From: Malacoraja senta
Taxonomy: Eukaryota
Assembly (NCBI GenBank): GCA_038087875.1
Contig: CM075993.1
Location: forward strand, 1,242,001-1,306,000
DNA: 64,000 nucleotides
Reading direction: 5' to 3'
Part shown: in pieces, positions 11,085-24,635 of the stretch
How the letters are laid out: each line of letters starts with the position of its first letter
Position numbering within the stretch: position 1 is the stretch's first letter
The notes under the pieces: model-generated
Database searches by the model: none
What the model was told of the DNA's origin: nothing
What the model saw: only the letters and a program-made list of their open reading frames with translations
Made by a program: the position numbers and the translations under genes

Positions 11085-12588
11085 CTGAAATGGCATTACA
11101 TAAAATATTATATTTCGTAAATATTATACTCAACAGCAGAGGGGCAGAACAACAGCAGTTTAAAAGATCACGTGCAGGTATTTCACGTCTAACAGTGTTC
11201 ACAACAAATAAAATTTAGTCAAATTTATAAAATTACAAGAGGCATAGATAGGGTAGACAGTCAGAACATTTTTCTCCCAGGGTGGAAATCTCAAGTACAG
11301 GAGGGGAAAGCTTTAAGGTAAGAGAGCAACGGTTTAAACGTGGGGCAACATTTCCCCCCAGACAGAAAGTGGTTGGTGTTGCCAGGGCTGGGGGTGGAAG
11401 CAGATATAGTGGCATTTAAGAGGACTTTAGATAGGCAAAAGAATACGCATGGAATGATAAGGATCATGTACAGGCATAAGGGATTTAATTTGGCATCATG
11501 TTCGGCGTAGATATCATGGGTTATGTTTAAATGATTATAGGACACCAAGGGTAAAGGGTTAACTAAAATCAACAATACAAAGCCAGATTATTGTGCAGTA
11601 TTATATTAGAATAAACATTTTATGATATGATGATAGCCATGATATTTTATTATTTTCATTCAGTTTTCGATATTGATTATTTTAATCTCGATATTGACCC
11701 TTGCACATCAAATTCATGGGGCAGTATCTGAATCGAATCAAAGTCATTTTGCTGTAGGATTGGCACAGATCTTCAATTCTAGAGATTATCATCAATTAAT
11801 ACGTTATGGGTGGTTGGGGAGGAGAAAATTTCGATTGGTTACCACTTAAAATCCTTCAAATAAGCAGAGCTCTCAGTCATCTGAGGGATATATGATTCTA
11901 CTATTCAAAAAGCACTCAAGCAATTCAAATCTTAATTAATATACAAATAGGCAATGGCATTTTGGCACATGAACAAACATTTATTTCTGGATCTGCATCA
12001 GCTGCAGTAATAGATCGTGAAACAATTTTGCAACTCCGTCCACGGCATCACTGTTGTACCATTAAGCAAAAAATTGTGAAATGTGTAGATATTGTAATTA
12101 GAGACCAATTTTGTTCAATAACAAGTGGATTGAGACTCAGTACTCGATGTCCAAAACAGTACTAATATTACCGTTGAAATATAACGTCTACCCAAACAGA
12201 AGTTAATGCCAACCAGCTGTTCCATCAATATGAATGAAAAGAGAATCGTGGAAACTGAGGCTCGCAAAAAAGGATAATGGCATACGACCTTACAAATGCA
12301 ACTAAAACATCAATTTCACAAGACACACTTGCCTCAAGAGTTCTTCTTTAGCACCATATTAAAGGAACATGTTTAACATGAGGACAGCCACATAAAGCTT
12401 TTGTTTTAAATATTTGATTTCAGATTAATACTCGAACTTAGGTCATCGTGCAATCTTAACACAGATATATTTCTAGTCACGTGTAGGGTCATATATCTGT
12501 GTCAGAAAGATTAATACCCACTGTTCCGTGCTACTTATAAAGATCTTAGTGTTACATTGTTTCTTTAAAAGTTCTGCATGCCTCTTAC

Positions 12589-12651
12589 CGTTCATTATGT
12601 TCCTGGTAGACCAGCCTTGACTTTTCCAACAGATACTTTTCAACATAAGCT
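12589..12651 (-). CDS. MYO9A: Myosin IXa coding exon (exon 4)
   Basis: 63 nt; AYVEKYLLEKSRLVYQEHNE(R); tttcag|A ... CG|gtaaga. Confidence 0.96.
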
Positions 12652-14719
12652 CTGAAAAAACAAATTGGTGCTCCTGGTTTAATCAGAAAAATCCACAGAA
12701 ATACAACAGTCACTGTTTAAATAAATGACATACATTCATTGAAAATATAACATCAAAATTTCTACCATAGATTTGGTATAAAGATAGTGCAATAAAGTAT
12801 CATCAGACTGGTTCCTGGGATGGCTGACTTATCGTACAAGGAGTGATCGATTAGCCGAGGTTTCAATTGTTCAGAGTTAAAAAATGAAAGGTTACCTCGT
12901 TGAAACATAGAAAATTATTAGAGGACTCAACAATATAGATATAACCCAGATGGTTGCCCTGACTGCGGAGTATATCAATGAATGTTTCATTTTCAAATTA
13001 AAAGGCTGACCATTTAGGGTAAACATGAAGATAAATTTATTCAAAGGGTAGTGATTTGTTGGAATTCCCTATCCTAGGAGGCTGTGGAATCTCAGTCATC
13101 AAATTCATTTGAAACAGAAACACTAAAATTGGTGATAGATATTGTGTTGAGGCAAAAGATCAGCCATGATCTTAATAAAAGGCAGAGCAGGTTTAGGAGC
13201 CAAAAGATTTACACCTATTTTCTTATATTTGCATAAACAACCACCAAGTCACAGTTCAAAGAAATGAAAGTGGGGAAGCACACATAACCACAGACTGATG
13301 CTTAATTTGGAAGCTGATGTTTTATTAAAAAAGGCTGAGTGGGTAACAAATTCTATGTATTGTTAATCGTGAAAATCATCAGTTTGTGCTATGTCTGTCA
13401 TCATTGGCCCTTGAACAACATCCTGAGTGTATACTTCTGTCATATATAAATATATACACACACACACATTTATCTATCTCTAGTCAAAGTGGTAGAGGAG
13501 GGAAAAAGATGATTAATGAAGTGTAATACAACTAGAAAGCATTATTACTGTGTAAAAAAAAGACACAAAGTACTGGAATAACTCAGCGGGTTAGGTGGCA
13601 TCTCTGAAAATATGGGTAGGTGACGTTTCGGGCCGGGCGTCTTCTTCAGACTATTGACATTTCAGGTTGGGACCCTTCTTCATACTATTACGCCTGGTTA
13701 GGCATAAATTAACTGTAACATCACTTATTCAGGAAAAATAAAAACATCACATATACTACACAATCAAGTAGTAGTATGGAACTTTATAACTGAAGAAGTG
13801 GGTGAGGTAAATATGTTAAAGAAAAATCAAATGCTGGAAACTTCAGCGTTTAAGTTCAAACAGCTGGAGGTACCTTCGGCACATGGTCCACAAAGACACA
13901 TGAAGTGCCCTAAATCTCACACTTGACGGTGTTATTACAAGCAACAGGTCTCAGCAATCCACCCAGGATCCCCAAAAAAACATGGTTGTTTTTATTATGC
14001 TAATAACTTTTTATCCCGTTCCTCTTCCTTTTTATGTAATCTATAACCCCCCGCAAGTCTGTGTAAAATGTTTTTATTCGAGGGCATCATCTCCTTCTGC
14101 GCTGGAGCAAATTCCCATTTTGGCTACTGTTTGGCACATTGTTTAATTCTGGACTCACATTGAACTTGAGAAGATTCACAATCTCCTCTAATTCAGTAAT
14201 ACACAGAGCATGGCCATATATCAACATTGTTCACAATCACCTGCAATCTTCATGATCAGTCTTTCAACATATCCATGTGTGCTCATAATCAGAGAGACTA
14301 AGATCATTAAAAGGAGCAACCATGCCAGATTTTATTGCCCTTCCACTCCAGGACATACCTGCAACCCTCAACTGCTATCAAAGCTAAAATCAGTTAAATC
14401 AACACAGCCGGGATGAAATCTCTGATCTCTTCATTTGTTTGGTTCTACATATTTAATAATTGAACTTCAGGATAATCTGAAACATGAATACAGAAATAGA
14501 CCATTAAGCCCCACAACTGGTTCTGTTATTCAACGAAAGGATGGCTAAATCATGACATATATACTATATTCAATTGTGCCAAATGGTCAGAGAGAGAAAG
14601 TGAATTGGGGAAGGTGGGTACTGAAAAGTAGTTGGGGGGAAACAGAGGATGGGGAGAATGAGAAGTGGAGAACTGGAGTGGAGGAATTACTTATCATGTC
14701 AGATTCACACATTACTCAC

Positions 14720-14814
14720 CCTCGCACCGTGCCTGATTCCTGGTAGTTGACTTGAATGAATTTACCAAATCGGCTGGAATTGTTATTGTGAGCAGTCTTT
14801 GCATTCCCAAAAGC
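14720..14814 (-). CDS. MYO9A: Myosin IXa coding exon (exon 3), switch I region
   Basis: 95 nt; [31 protein letters not shown](G); aaacag|GCT ... GG|gtgagt; phase consistent with neighbours. Confidence 0.96.
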
Positions 14815-17109
14815 CTGTTTATAAAACAAAAATCAAGTGTCTAAAAATTGGAACATTGACTCTACTCATAATCAATTTCATCCCCGCATTTCTGTTAACA
14901 CAGAGAATTTAAACCAAGAATCTGTTTTAAAATATAGAACATTTTTAAAGAATGCACAATAATATAAAATACTACAAAGCATGAATGGTTTCCAATTATA
15001 CATCTATTTTATATTCAAATCAGGGCAAATTAACGTAGAAATGAAGAGTAGGAAGTGTGGACCACTCAGCCCCTTGAGCCTGCTCACCATTTAATCTGAA
15101 GAAGGGTCTCGACCCAAAACGTCACCTATTCCTTCTCTCCATAGATGCTGCCTCACCCGCTGAGTTTCTCCAGCATTTTTGTCTACCTTCGATTATTCCA
15201 GCATCTGCAGTTCTTTCTTAAACATTTAATACCTTCATGGTGGTTCTGATTATAACCTCAACTGTGCTTTTCCATCTAAACTTGATAACCTTTCACCTAC
15301 TTGCTCATAAACCATCCAACTCTGCTACCTTTGGGGAAGAGTTCCAAAGACTCAAGGTTCTCTGAGGATAAGAAATTCTGTCTCATCTGCCTTTAATGGA
15401 CTAGCACTTAGTTGTAAATAATGACCTCTAGTTTAAGATTTCCCACAACATCTCTGCACCCACACTGTTAGGTCTTCTCAGCAATTGTGCAGATATCAGT
15501 CAAGTTACCTCTAACTCTTCAAAGTTCAAGTGGATATAGATTTCAATTACCCAACTTTTCCTTATAATACATACTCATCAGAGGTATTAGTTAAGAAAAA
15601 TTAAATTGCTTTAATTACACTTACATCTTCCCTTAAATAAGGAGATCAGTACCCTATAGAGTACTCCAGATGTCGTCTCATCAATGCTTTACATATCTGA
15701 AACGTAACCTCCCAACTTTTCTATTCCATTTTTTATCAATAAGTAACATTGCTAGTTTTCCATATTACATGTTGAAGCTGCAACTGGCCTTTTGTGAATC
15801 CAAGCACAAGACCCAGGTACTACAGTCCATGTGTTAGATCTTTGACTAGTCATTTAACCGATCTACATTTCTTTATAGTATGTCATCTCACCACAGGTAG
15901 ATTACCATAAATACTACTCCTACCAGATCTGCTTTGTCTCATGTTTAACTGCACTTAACTGTGAGAGACATAACTGTGATTTAGGTAAGCGTCCAATTAT
16001 TGTGTATGTTCCCAGTTTACTCTTCCCAAAGTGCTTCTCCTCACATGTATAGGTTTAAATTCCACTTTGCATCATACCAGCTAATCTACATCATCCTGTA
16101 GTCAGCTATTTTCCTCACTATTAAAAAACCACCAAGTTTGCATAATCTGCAAACTTACTACTCATTGCTCACACATCTACATCCTGGTAATGTTTATAAC
16201 AAATTGTAAAGGTCGCCGCAGTGACCCCTGTGGTATACCACTGGTCACAAGGCATCTAATCACAAAAACAGAGCTCCATTTCTGTCTCTTATTAACAACC
16301 CAAATTTGGATCCTTGGATCCCATGGGGTCAAACCATTCAGACCAGCCCCCCATGTTGGACCTTGTCAAAGGCCATACTTAAGTCTGTAAGCTACATCAG
16401 TCACACTCCACTCATTCATATATTTTGCTACCACTTCAACAGGATGTATGACTTTTCCTGTGGGGTTTTTCAGTAATAATACTAAAACGTGCAAAAAGGA
16501 GTTGGAGGCTTTATTTTAATATAATTATTCATTATGCGAAAATGGAAAAAGACTGCAGTCGAATTGCTTCCACCCAATCATCACCAAACAGAATTAAAGA
16601 GTGTGCAAACACAAAACTCTAAATGTAAGACCAGTTTCTTGGAACTAATCCATTCTGAGAAAAAACTAACAGCTTGCGTCAGAGTGCGCACTCACAACGG
16701 ACATTGGTTTGATTTATCGTTATTGTGGCTCCTTGCTTGCATTATACTCGCCAATCCTTCATTTATACTAACACCACATTTCAGCTGCACTTGGACAACT
16801 TCAAAGCTTTCTTGCTTTTATTTGCAGCACAAGCAATTTCCTGCTTTAATTATTTGCCTGAAAGATTACACAACATTACATTTGCTTCACATTTTCATTA
16901 TTCACAGAAGAACATACAGATGTGAAATGTAAATGACTGAAACACAAGGCAAGAAAGCAGCATAAATCTTAAACTCCAAATTAATACTTTCAAAACAGGG
17001 GGATTACTTTGTTATTAAAGTGTATCACATACACACACATGCACAAGTTTCAATGCCAAGATCATAAGTTCTGCTATTTATAATTCTGAACCCAAGATCA
17101 ACCTTTTGT

Positions 17110-17570
17110 CATAGGTCATAAATGATAGGAGAAGAATTAGGCCATACGGCCCATCAAGTCTACTCTGCCATTCAATCTCTCCTTCCTAACCCCATTCTCC
17201 TGCCTTCTCCCCATAACCCCTGATATCCGTAGGGTGTCTATCTATCTATCTCTGTTAAAAAAAATATCCATTGACTTGGCCTCCACAGCCTTCTGTGGCA
17301 AAGAATTCCACAGATTCACCACATCTGACTAAAGAAATTCCTTCTCATCTCCTTCCTCAAGGAACGTCCTTTAATTCTGAGGCAATGCCCTCGTCCTAGA
17401 CTCTCCCACTAGGGGAAACATCCTCTCTACATCCACTTTATCCGAGCCTTTCACTAATCAGTACATATCAATGAGGTCCCCCCTCATTTTTCTAAACCCC
17501 AGCGAGTACAGGACCAATGCCGTCAAATGCTCATCATAAGTTAACCCTGCCATTCCTGGGATCATTCTTG
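17110..17570 (-). mobile_element. CR1 LINE 3' fragment
   Basis: Reverse complement of the same CR1 end (gaattccacagattcaccac, aggagaagaattaggcc) with a tatgacc-type tail. Confidence 0.85.
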
Positions 17571-17677
17571 TTGGTTGCGGAGAGAAAGGAGGGATGGGAG
17601 TTCAAGGGGGAGGAATGATTGCAAAATGTAAGCCTCAAATAACTCTTGTTGTCAGTAATGAAGCGATGGTATTTACT

Positions 17678-17824
17678 ATTTGTAGGAAAGAACTGCAGAT
17701 GCTGGTTTAAATCGAAGGTAGATACAAAATGCTGGAGTAACTTATCGGTACAGGCAGCATCTCCTTCTCTCCAGAGATGCTGCCTATCCCGCTGAGTAAC
17801 TCCAGCATTTTGTGTCTACCTTCA
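17678..17824. mobile_element. Fold-back PLE terminal-repeat insertion
   Basis: 12-bp TSD ATGGTATTTACT (17666-17677 and 17825-17836); inverted arms. Confidence 0.88.
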
Positions 17825-18353
17825 ATGGTATTTACTGCTGACTTGGATTGTAATGATCTGTCATTATCTCTGGCATGAATTCCTTACATTGGTTATCAGG
17901 TGACAGGTGACAGACCATGGATGACTGGTCTTCATTTAACAACAGTAACACCATCAGGTAGACAAGCAAGTCAATCACAATGAGGAATTCTCACTGACCA
18001 GGAACTCTTAACTTCATAATTTTACAGAGAAAAGTAGGGATTGAAGCATTCACTATATTATGGTGGAAGATAACGTCTCAAAAGGGTTATAACTGAAATA
18101 ATATTACAATGGGCTAGTATTTTGAAATAAAGGACTCCAAGTGCTGGATCATTGAGTCAGGCAGCATCTCTGGAGGACATGGATAGGTGACGTTTCAGGT
18201 CGGGACCCTTCTTCTGAGTTACTAAACGCACTGCGTCTTTTTTTGTAAACCAGCATCTGTAGTTCCATGCATCTGTAGAATTTTGAAATATTTACCAATG
18301 GGAATGAATACCAACAAAATAACTAGACCAGGCAAGTTGTCCAGCAGTATTTA

Positions 18354-18640
18354 GAAATTGGAGGAACAGCACCTCATATTTTGCTTGGGCAGCTTACACC
18401 CCAGCGGTATGAACATTGACTTCTCTAACTTCAAATAGCCCTTGCTTTCCCTCTCTCTCCACCCCTCCCCCTTCCCAGTTCTCCCACCAGTCTTACTGTC
18501 TTCGACTACATTCTATCTCTGTTCAGGCCACTCCCCTGACATCAGTCTGAAGAAGGGTCTCGACCCAAAACGTCACCGATTCCTTCTCTCCAGAAATGCT
18601 GCCAGTCCCGCTGAGTTACCCCAGCATTTTGTATCTACCT
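18354..18640 (+). mobile_element. Penelope-like element 3' fragment
   Basis: KLEEQHLIFCLGSLHPSGMNIDFSNF*, pyrimidine-rich UTR and terminal repeat with CTGAAGA core. Confidence 0.88.
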
Positions 18641-19659
18641 TTTCTAGCAGTTATTATGCCTGAGTAAACAATTAGAATCTCATACAATCATCTTTGATGG
18701 CTCATGTATCTGCTGTACTAAAAGTACAGTGCTCTAAACATTACGCTGCATTCCACAGAGAATTCTGGATGGCAACAACTGAGGGGGCAGAAGTTGATGA
18801 ATACGTCACAGGGATGGTTTTGTAATTGTCAATTATTGAAAGCATCAGAATCAATACCATGGCAGTTTCTCAAACCTAACCTGTGATCAAAACTTCAGAA
18901 TGTTCTAAGTTATACTGTTTCTCCAGCAATGATTTCTGATTTGTGTACACTAACTATGCATACCAATGGAATTAATTATGTCAAAATCCAGTCACCAAGT
19001 GATATTTAATCTGCCTTTAACTTGTTTTCCATTGTTTAACTCAAGTACAATGCCTCGACTTGTTTAAACAAATATTTGAATTTCTGATGTCAGTCCCACG
19101 CCCATCCTGCTCAAAGTAGTTCAGCTCGTTGCCACAGAAATCAAGTACTGAAGAAAGCAGTATTCATCAATCTGATATACCCACTCATCACATGCCACGT
19201 TCCTTTGCTGCAAGTGCTGGAGACAATTTAGCATTTCCCATATGGAAGCAGTGACTGATAAACCTATGGCCAAAAAGAGTGTCTCTCCAGTTGCAGAACA
19301 GTAAGCCAACGCAATGTCAATTGCCTTATTTGTTGTTGAGAGCCAAGCAGGGTACATTTGCTGAAGAACAGATGAAGTGATGGTGGTAGTTTACATATTT
19401 TTTTTCTCTTCAATTCTTCAAGATCTGACTAGCATGCAAAGGTGAGCATTTATCAGCCATTACTAAATCGCTGCAAAGGTGGTGGTGAGCACCTTCCTGA
19501 ACCACCGCTGTTGGGTCCATGACAATGAAGACTAACATGCAGATGCACCAAGCAATTAAAACAGCAAGTGATATGTTGACCTTATTCCCAAAAGATTTGA
19601 GCACAAAGGTAAAGATGTCAGTGCACTCATTTAGGACCTTGATAAGAAGATGGAAGTTG

Positions 19660-20200
19660 TGCGTGTAATGTACTCGGAAACTGATTTGGACCAGCTCGTG
19701 GGAGTATTTTTGAACATCTTTAACTTCCCCCTCCTCCAATCTGGTTCCCAAATGCTTTAAGAAGACCTTTATCTTTCTAATGCCAACAAAAAACAAAGTA
19801 GCATGCTTTAACTTCAGACAGACGGTTCTGACATCCGCCATCATGAAGTGCTTCGAGAGACTGGTCATGGCGCACATTAACTCCAGCCTCCAACAGCCCT
19901 CATCCACTGTAATTTGCCAACTGCCACAACTGGTCCAAACTCGACACCATTTCCCTGGCCCTACACTCATCCGTGGAACACCTAGATAACAAGGACACCT
20001 ACGTCCTGTTTCTTGACTATCATCCTGTCTTCAACACCATAGTTCCCTACAAAACCAAATCCAACCTCCTGGACCTAGAACTCAGCACCCCCTCTGTAAA
20101 TGGATGGTTCACTTCCTGACCCACAGATTGCAGTCAGTGAGGAAGGGCGACAAAGCATCCTCCACAATAATTCTCAACACGAGTGCCCCATAAGGATATA
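19660..20200 (+). mobile_element. Degenerate Rex/Babar-like RT fragment, followed by an old CR1 tail to ~20580
   Basis: LTSAIMKCFERLVMAHINSSL motif and downstream FNTI / WMVHFLT remnants. Confidence 0.75.
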
Positions 20201-21383
20201 TACACATGAAGAACGTATGCTCTGTTGAGATAAGAGGGTGAGGTGATTTTACTGAAACACATGATACTCAGGGCGTATGGGATAACATTTCCCCAGTTGA
20301 GTTATCAAGAACCTGGGGCACAGGTTCAGAAAAAGAGGCGAACCATTTAAGATGGAGATGACGAGAGGGACTTCCTTCTCTCAAGTTGCAAATCTTTGGA
20401 ATTCTCTTTGACAGTCGCGGAGGTGAAGTCATTGAATATATTGACAGACATTTAAAAGACAAGTAAGTCAAAGGTATGATGAGAGGGCAGCAGAATGGCT
20501 AGGTAGGCCAAGGCTAGGTAGGCCATGACCTGACTGAATAACAGCGTAGGCTGCTCTTCCTCCTGATTATGATGTTCTTAAATTCTGACCAAAATCTTCA
20601 TCTATTTCCGAAAAATATACAACACGCTAGAAAATCCACTGAGGATAAGATCAGAACAGCTTTTCCCTGCCGGGTTGTGAATTTGATATATTGCAATGAG
20701 GTAGCCCACACCAGCACATTATTTTTGGTCAGCCTAAACTGGATTGTGCACATTCTATTCTGTTCTTCATGTGAATGATGCATACCAAAGCATGTGAGGA
20801 ATGCTGATACTGCTTGCTAATTTATGTTCATCATTTCCCTTCATAATATATGGAGCTAAAATGGTATCTGACATGCACCCTCTCCACCTCAGGTGTAAAA
20901 AGTAACTGGTTAAGGCTGCTTCTACAAACTACATTGATTTATTGAAATTAATTGTTTTCTGCCGAATCTTTTAAAAGTCCTGCATCAATTATATTTCATA
21001 AGAAATAGCTAACACTTGCTTTATCAGTACTTCAACATTTAGCTAGAATACTCTTTCAAACTGTGCAACTGTGAAATAATTTAATCGATGACCCATAGGT
21101 GCAAATATGAGCAATTTATTGAAATCACAAGGAAAATATTGATATTGGTTTATTATTGTCACAAACAGAAAGATGCAATTAAAAGATCTGTTTGCATGCT
21201 ACCCAGTCAAATCACACTATACAATAGCACATTCAAGCCATACGCATGTACAATAGCTATGCAAAGAGAAAAATACCAGAGTGCAGAATGTAGTGTTATT
21301 GCATTATAGTGGTACAGATATTAAAAAGAGCAAGGTCCACAATGAGTTGACTGCAATCTAACTTATGGAAGGGTTGTTCAGTA

Positions 21384-22350
21384 ATAATAATAATAATAAT
21401 AACTTTTATTTATGGGCGCCTTATACCAAAGTCTCAAGGACACCTTACAGAGTTTAACAAATAAGAAACATATAATCGGAGTAAAATAAATTATAAAGAC
21501 ATCACCAATACACAAATTAAAGACAGAATTCGATCCAAAGACACAAAAAAAAAAAATCAGAAACACAATGTGAAGAGAGAGCAGCGGCAGCCAAACCGCG
21601 CCAGCGTCCACTCTCCCTTCCGACCGCCATCTTGGACACAGACTAAAAATAGACACTACATACAAAAATCATCCCCCCACAATGGTTACCACTGTGGGGG
21701 AAGGCACAATGTCCAGTCCCCATCCCCAGATCTCCCATAGTCAGGCCTATTGAGGCCTCCGCTATTGCCTCCACGGAGGCCCGATGTTCCTGGCCGTTCT
21801 CGCCGGGTGCTGTTGCCCTGGCGTCAGGAGAGTCTTCTCAGCGGCTGGGCCACCTGGAACGGCCGCTTCCATTGCCGTAGACCACAACTTCCGAAGCCGA
21901 CAAGGCCGCGCCGGTTAGGAGCTCTCAGGCTCCCGATGTTGGAGTCGGTGCCGCCTGCTCCGCAGACCCGCAGCCCGGAGGTGTTAAGCTCAGCGGTCAC
22001 AGCTCACCGGAGCTCCAGCGCGTCGATCCAACACCGCGACCCAGGCAAGGCATCGCCTGCTCCGCTCCGCGATAGCGCTCCAGCGCTGTGCCGCCACCGA
22101 AGCTGAAGGTGCTGGGCAGTCCCCGCCAGGAAACGGCGCTCCACGCCCGCTGGTAGGCCACGAGGACGGGTCAGCCCGGAGAAAAAGCTGCCTCACCGAC
22201 CAGGTAGGGACCTAGAAATATGGTTATCCCCTTGCCCCTACATTAAAAGTCTAGTTCTCCTACAGACAGCACACAAGACTAACTAAAACTACAAAAAAAA
22301 AGTGAATTAAACCGGACGGCTGCTGATCACCAAGATGGCTCCTCCTCCTC
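21384..22350 (-). mobile_element. ~1 kb non-autonomous retroelement with L2-type (TAT)n tail, copy 1; nested in a Rex-like LINE end (~21140-22680)
   Basis: Homologous over its full length to 28810-29837; tail gtgtccttgagac..ggcgcccataaataaaa..(tat)n. Confidence 0.85.
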
Positions 22351-23057
22351 TGATACAATACAGTAGTCTGATACAAGCTGGGAAGAAGCTATTACTGAAT
22401 CTGGTGGTACATGCTTTCAAGCTTTTGTAACTTCTGCTTTACAGGAGAGGGAAGATGAGAGCATGACTGGGGTGAAAATGGTCTTTGATTATGTTGGCTG
22501 CTTTTGAGGTAGCACAAAATGTAGATGGAGTCGACAGTGGGAAGAAGGTTTGGGTAATAGAATGGGATACATCCACGACTCTGCAACTTCTTGCAATCTT
22601 GTGAAGAGCTGTGCCAAACCAAGGTGTAATGCATCCCCATAAACTGTTTTTTATGGTGCATCTGTGGAAGGATTTTGGCCAAAGATTGACATGCTGCAGG
22701 TACTACAATATATTGCATCTTCAAGTTCAGATCTTCTTGAACATCATCTTACATCATTTGATCTATTACATTTGCACTTAACATACAATCATTTAAAATG
22801 TGTGAATATTGCATAAGTTGGAACATGTAATTCTTCTTCTTTCGCTCAGAAGTTCTCAAAACTTTAAGATAAGGAAGGCACCGGGTTCAATTTCTTTGTG
22901 TGAAGTTAGGATTGGGACTATGGTAAAGGTCTTGGTGCCCAACAGTTTGATTTTCTTTACTGTTAAATACTGCAAATTCTCAAATGTGGACAGTGAACGA
23001 GAATAAAAATGGCTACAATATCTCCAACAACTGATTACACTGCTCTGTGGGTTACAG

Positions 23058-23660
23058 GCAATAGACAATAGGTGCAGGAGTAGGGCATTCGGCCCTTCAA
23101 GCCAGCACTGCCATTTACAGTGATCATGGCTGATCATCCACAATCAGTACCTCGTTCCTGCCTTCTCCCCATATCCATTGACTCCGCTATCTTTAAGAGC
23201 TCTATCTAACTCTCTCTTGAAAGCATTCAGAGAATCAGCCTCCACTGCCTTCTGAGGCAGAGAATTCCACAGATTCACAACTCTCTGGGTGAAAAAGTTT
23301 TTCCTCATCTCTGTTCTAAATGGCCTACCCTTTATTCTTAAACTGTGGCCCCTGGTTCTGCACTCCCCCAACATCGGGAACGTGTTTCCTGCCTCTAGCT
23401 TGTCCAATCCCTTAATAATCTTATATGTTTCAATAAGATCCCCTCTCATCCTTCTAAATTCCAGTGTACACAAGCCCAGTCGCTCCTTTCTTTCAACATA
23501 TGACAGTCCAGCCATCCCGGGAATAAACCTCGTGAACCTGCGCTGCACTCCCTCAATAGCAAGAATGTCCTTCCTCAAATTTGGAGACCAAAACTGCACA
23601 CAATACTCCAGGTGTGGTCTCGCCATGACCCTGTACAACTACAGAACGACCTCTTTGCTC
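23058..23660 (-). mobile_element. CR1 LINE 3' fragment
   Basis: ORF 23144-23638 (RPHLEYCVQFWSP...FFTQRVVNLWNSLP) similar to the 5778-7086 copy; CTATTGT-type tail. Confidence 0.93.
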
Positions 23661-24354
23661 CCAAGAACAATATTGTGATATTGTGTAGCTGACCATGGCA
23701 GTCTTGTATGAGTAGTTTAAAATGGTACTCTAGAATGAAATAGAATGCCAAAGTTTGTTAGTCTGAAGGGGGAACATAGCAGTTTAGAAAGTCCTGAAAG
23801 AATGAACTTTGGCATTTCCAATGTGGTAAGATGCTGTGGCATGCCCAGCATTGAGTATTATATGCAACATCTAACTATGAAGGTGCCATCAGGATTAAAG
23901 AGATGCAAGGGAGATAACCAATACCTCAGATTGTGTGAGTGTAGAAACCAGGCTGGAAGATTATGCCACCAGGTACAAAAATAACAGAGGGAAGGAGATG
24001 GTAGCTTCTGGAGATGATCCTTGGAGTTGATGACATTAAGATTTTCATTTAAAGCTACTCTTAATCAAAGTCCATGTTGTATTTCATCCTCTGACCTTAA
24101 GAAAGGTTCCCATGATTGCAGCCAAGTAGAGACTGAATGGTTGCCACTAAAATGAGAGCTGTCCACTTCTGAGTCCATTCAAATTTCCAGATTTACATTA
24201 ATTAGTGTTAATGTAATTATACTAAGTTCACACTGGTGGGAGAATCAACCGGCGTTAAGTAAAAGCATGATCAGCATTATGCAAAAGTGATTAACAGAAT
24301 TTTTTTGGAACTGCACTTTGCAACCAATTTCAAATGTACTCAAATTGAGCAACC

Positions 24355-24635
24355 CAATAGCGCAGCCATAGAGCTGCTGCTTTACAGCGCCAGAGACTCG
24401 GGTTCGATCCTCACTAAGGGTGCTGTCTATATGGAGTTTGTAAGTTCCCATGTGGCCACGTGAATTTTCTCAATGTGTTGGGGTTTCTTCCCACATTCCA
24501 AAGATGTGCAGGTTAGTAGGTTAATTGGCTTCTGTAAATTGCACTCAATGTGGAGGATAGATCTAGTGTAATGGTGATCATTGGTCGGGGCAGGCTGAGT
24601 GGGCCGAAGGACCTGTATCCACACTGTAGCTCTAT
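24355..24635 (+). mobile_element. tRNA-derived SINE (resembles the shark HE1/V-SINE type) with CR1-like 3' end
   Basis: Pol III B box GGTTCGATCC, central gtgcaggttagtaggttaattggc segment, gggccgaaggacctgt tail. Confidence 0.8.

Noticed and set aside
24355..24430. tRNA gene
   Set aside because: B box present but no cloverleaf; it is the head of a SINE
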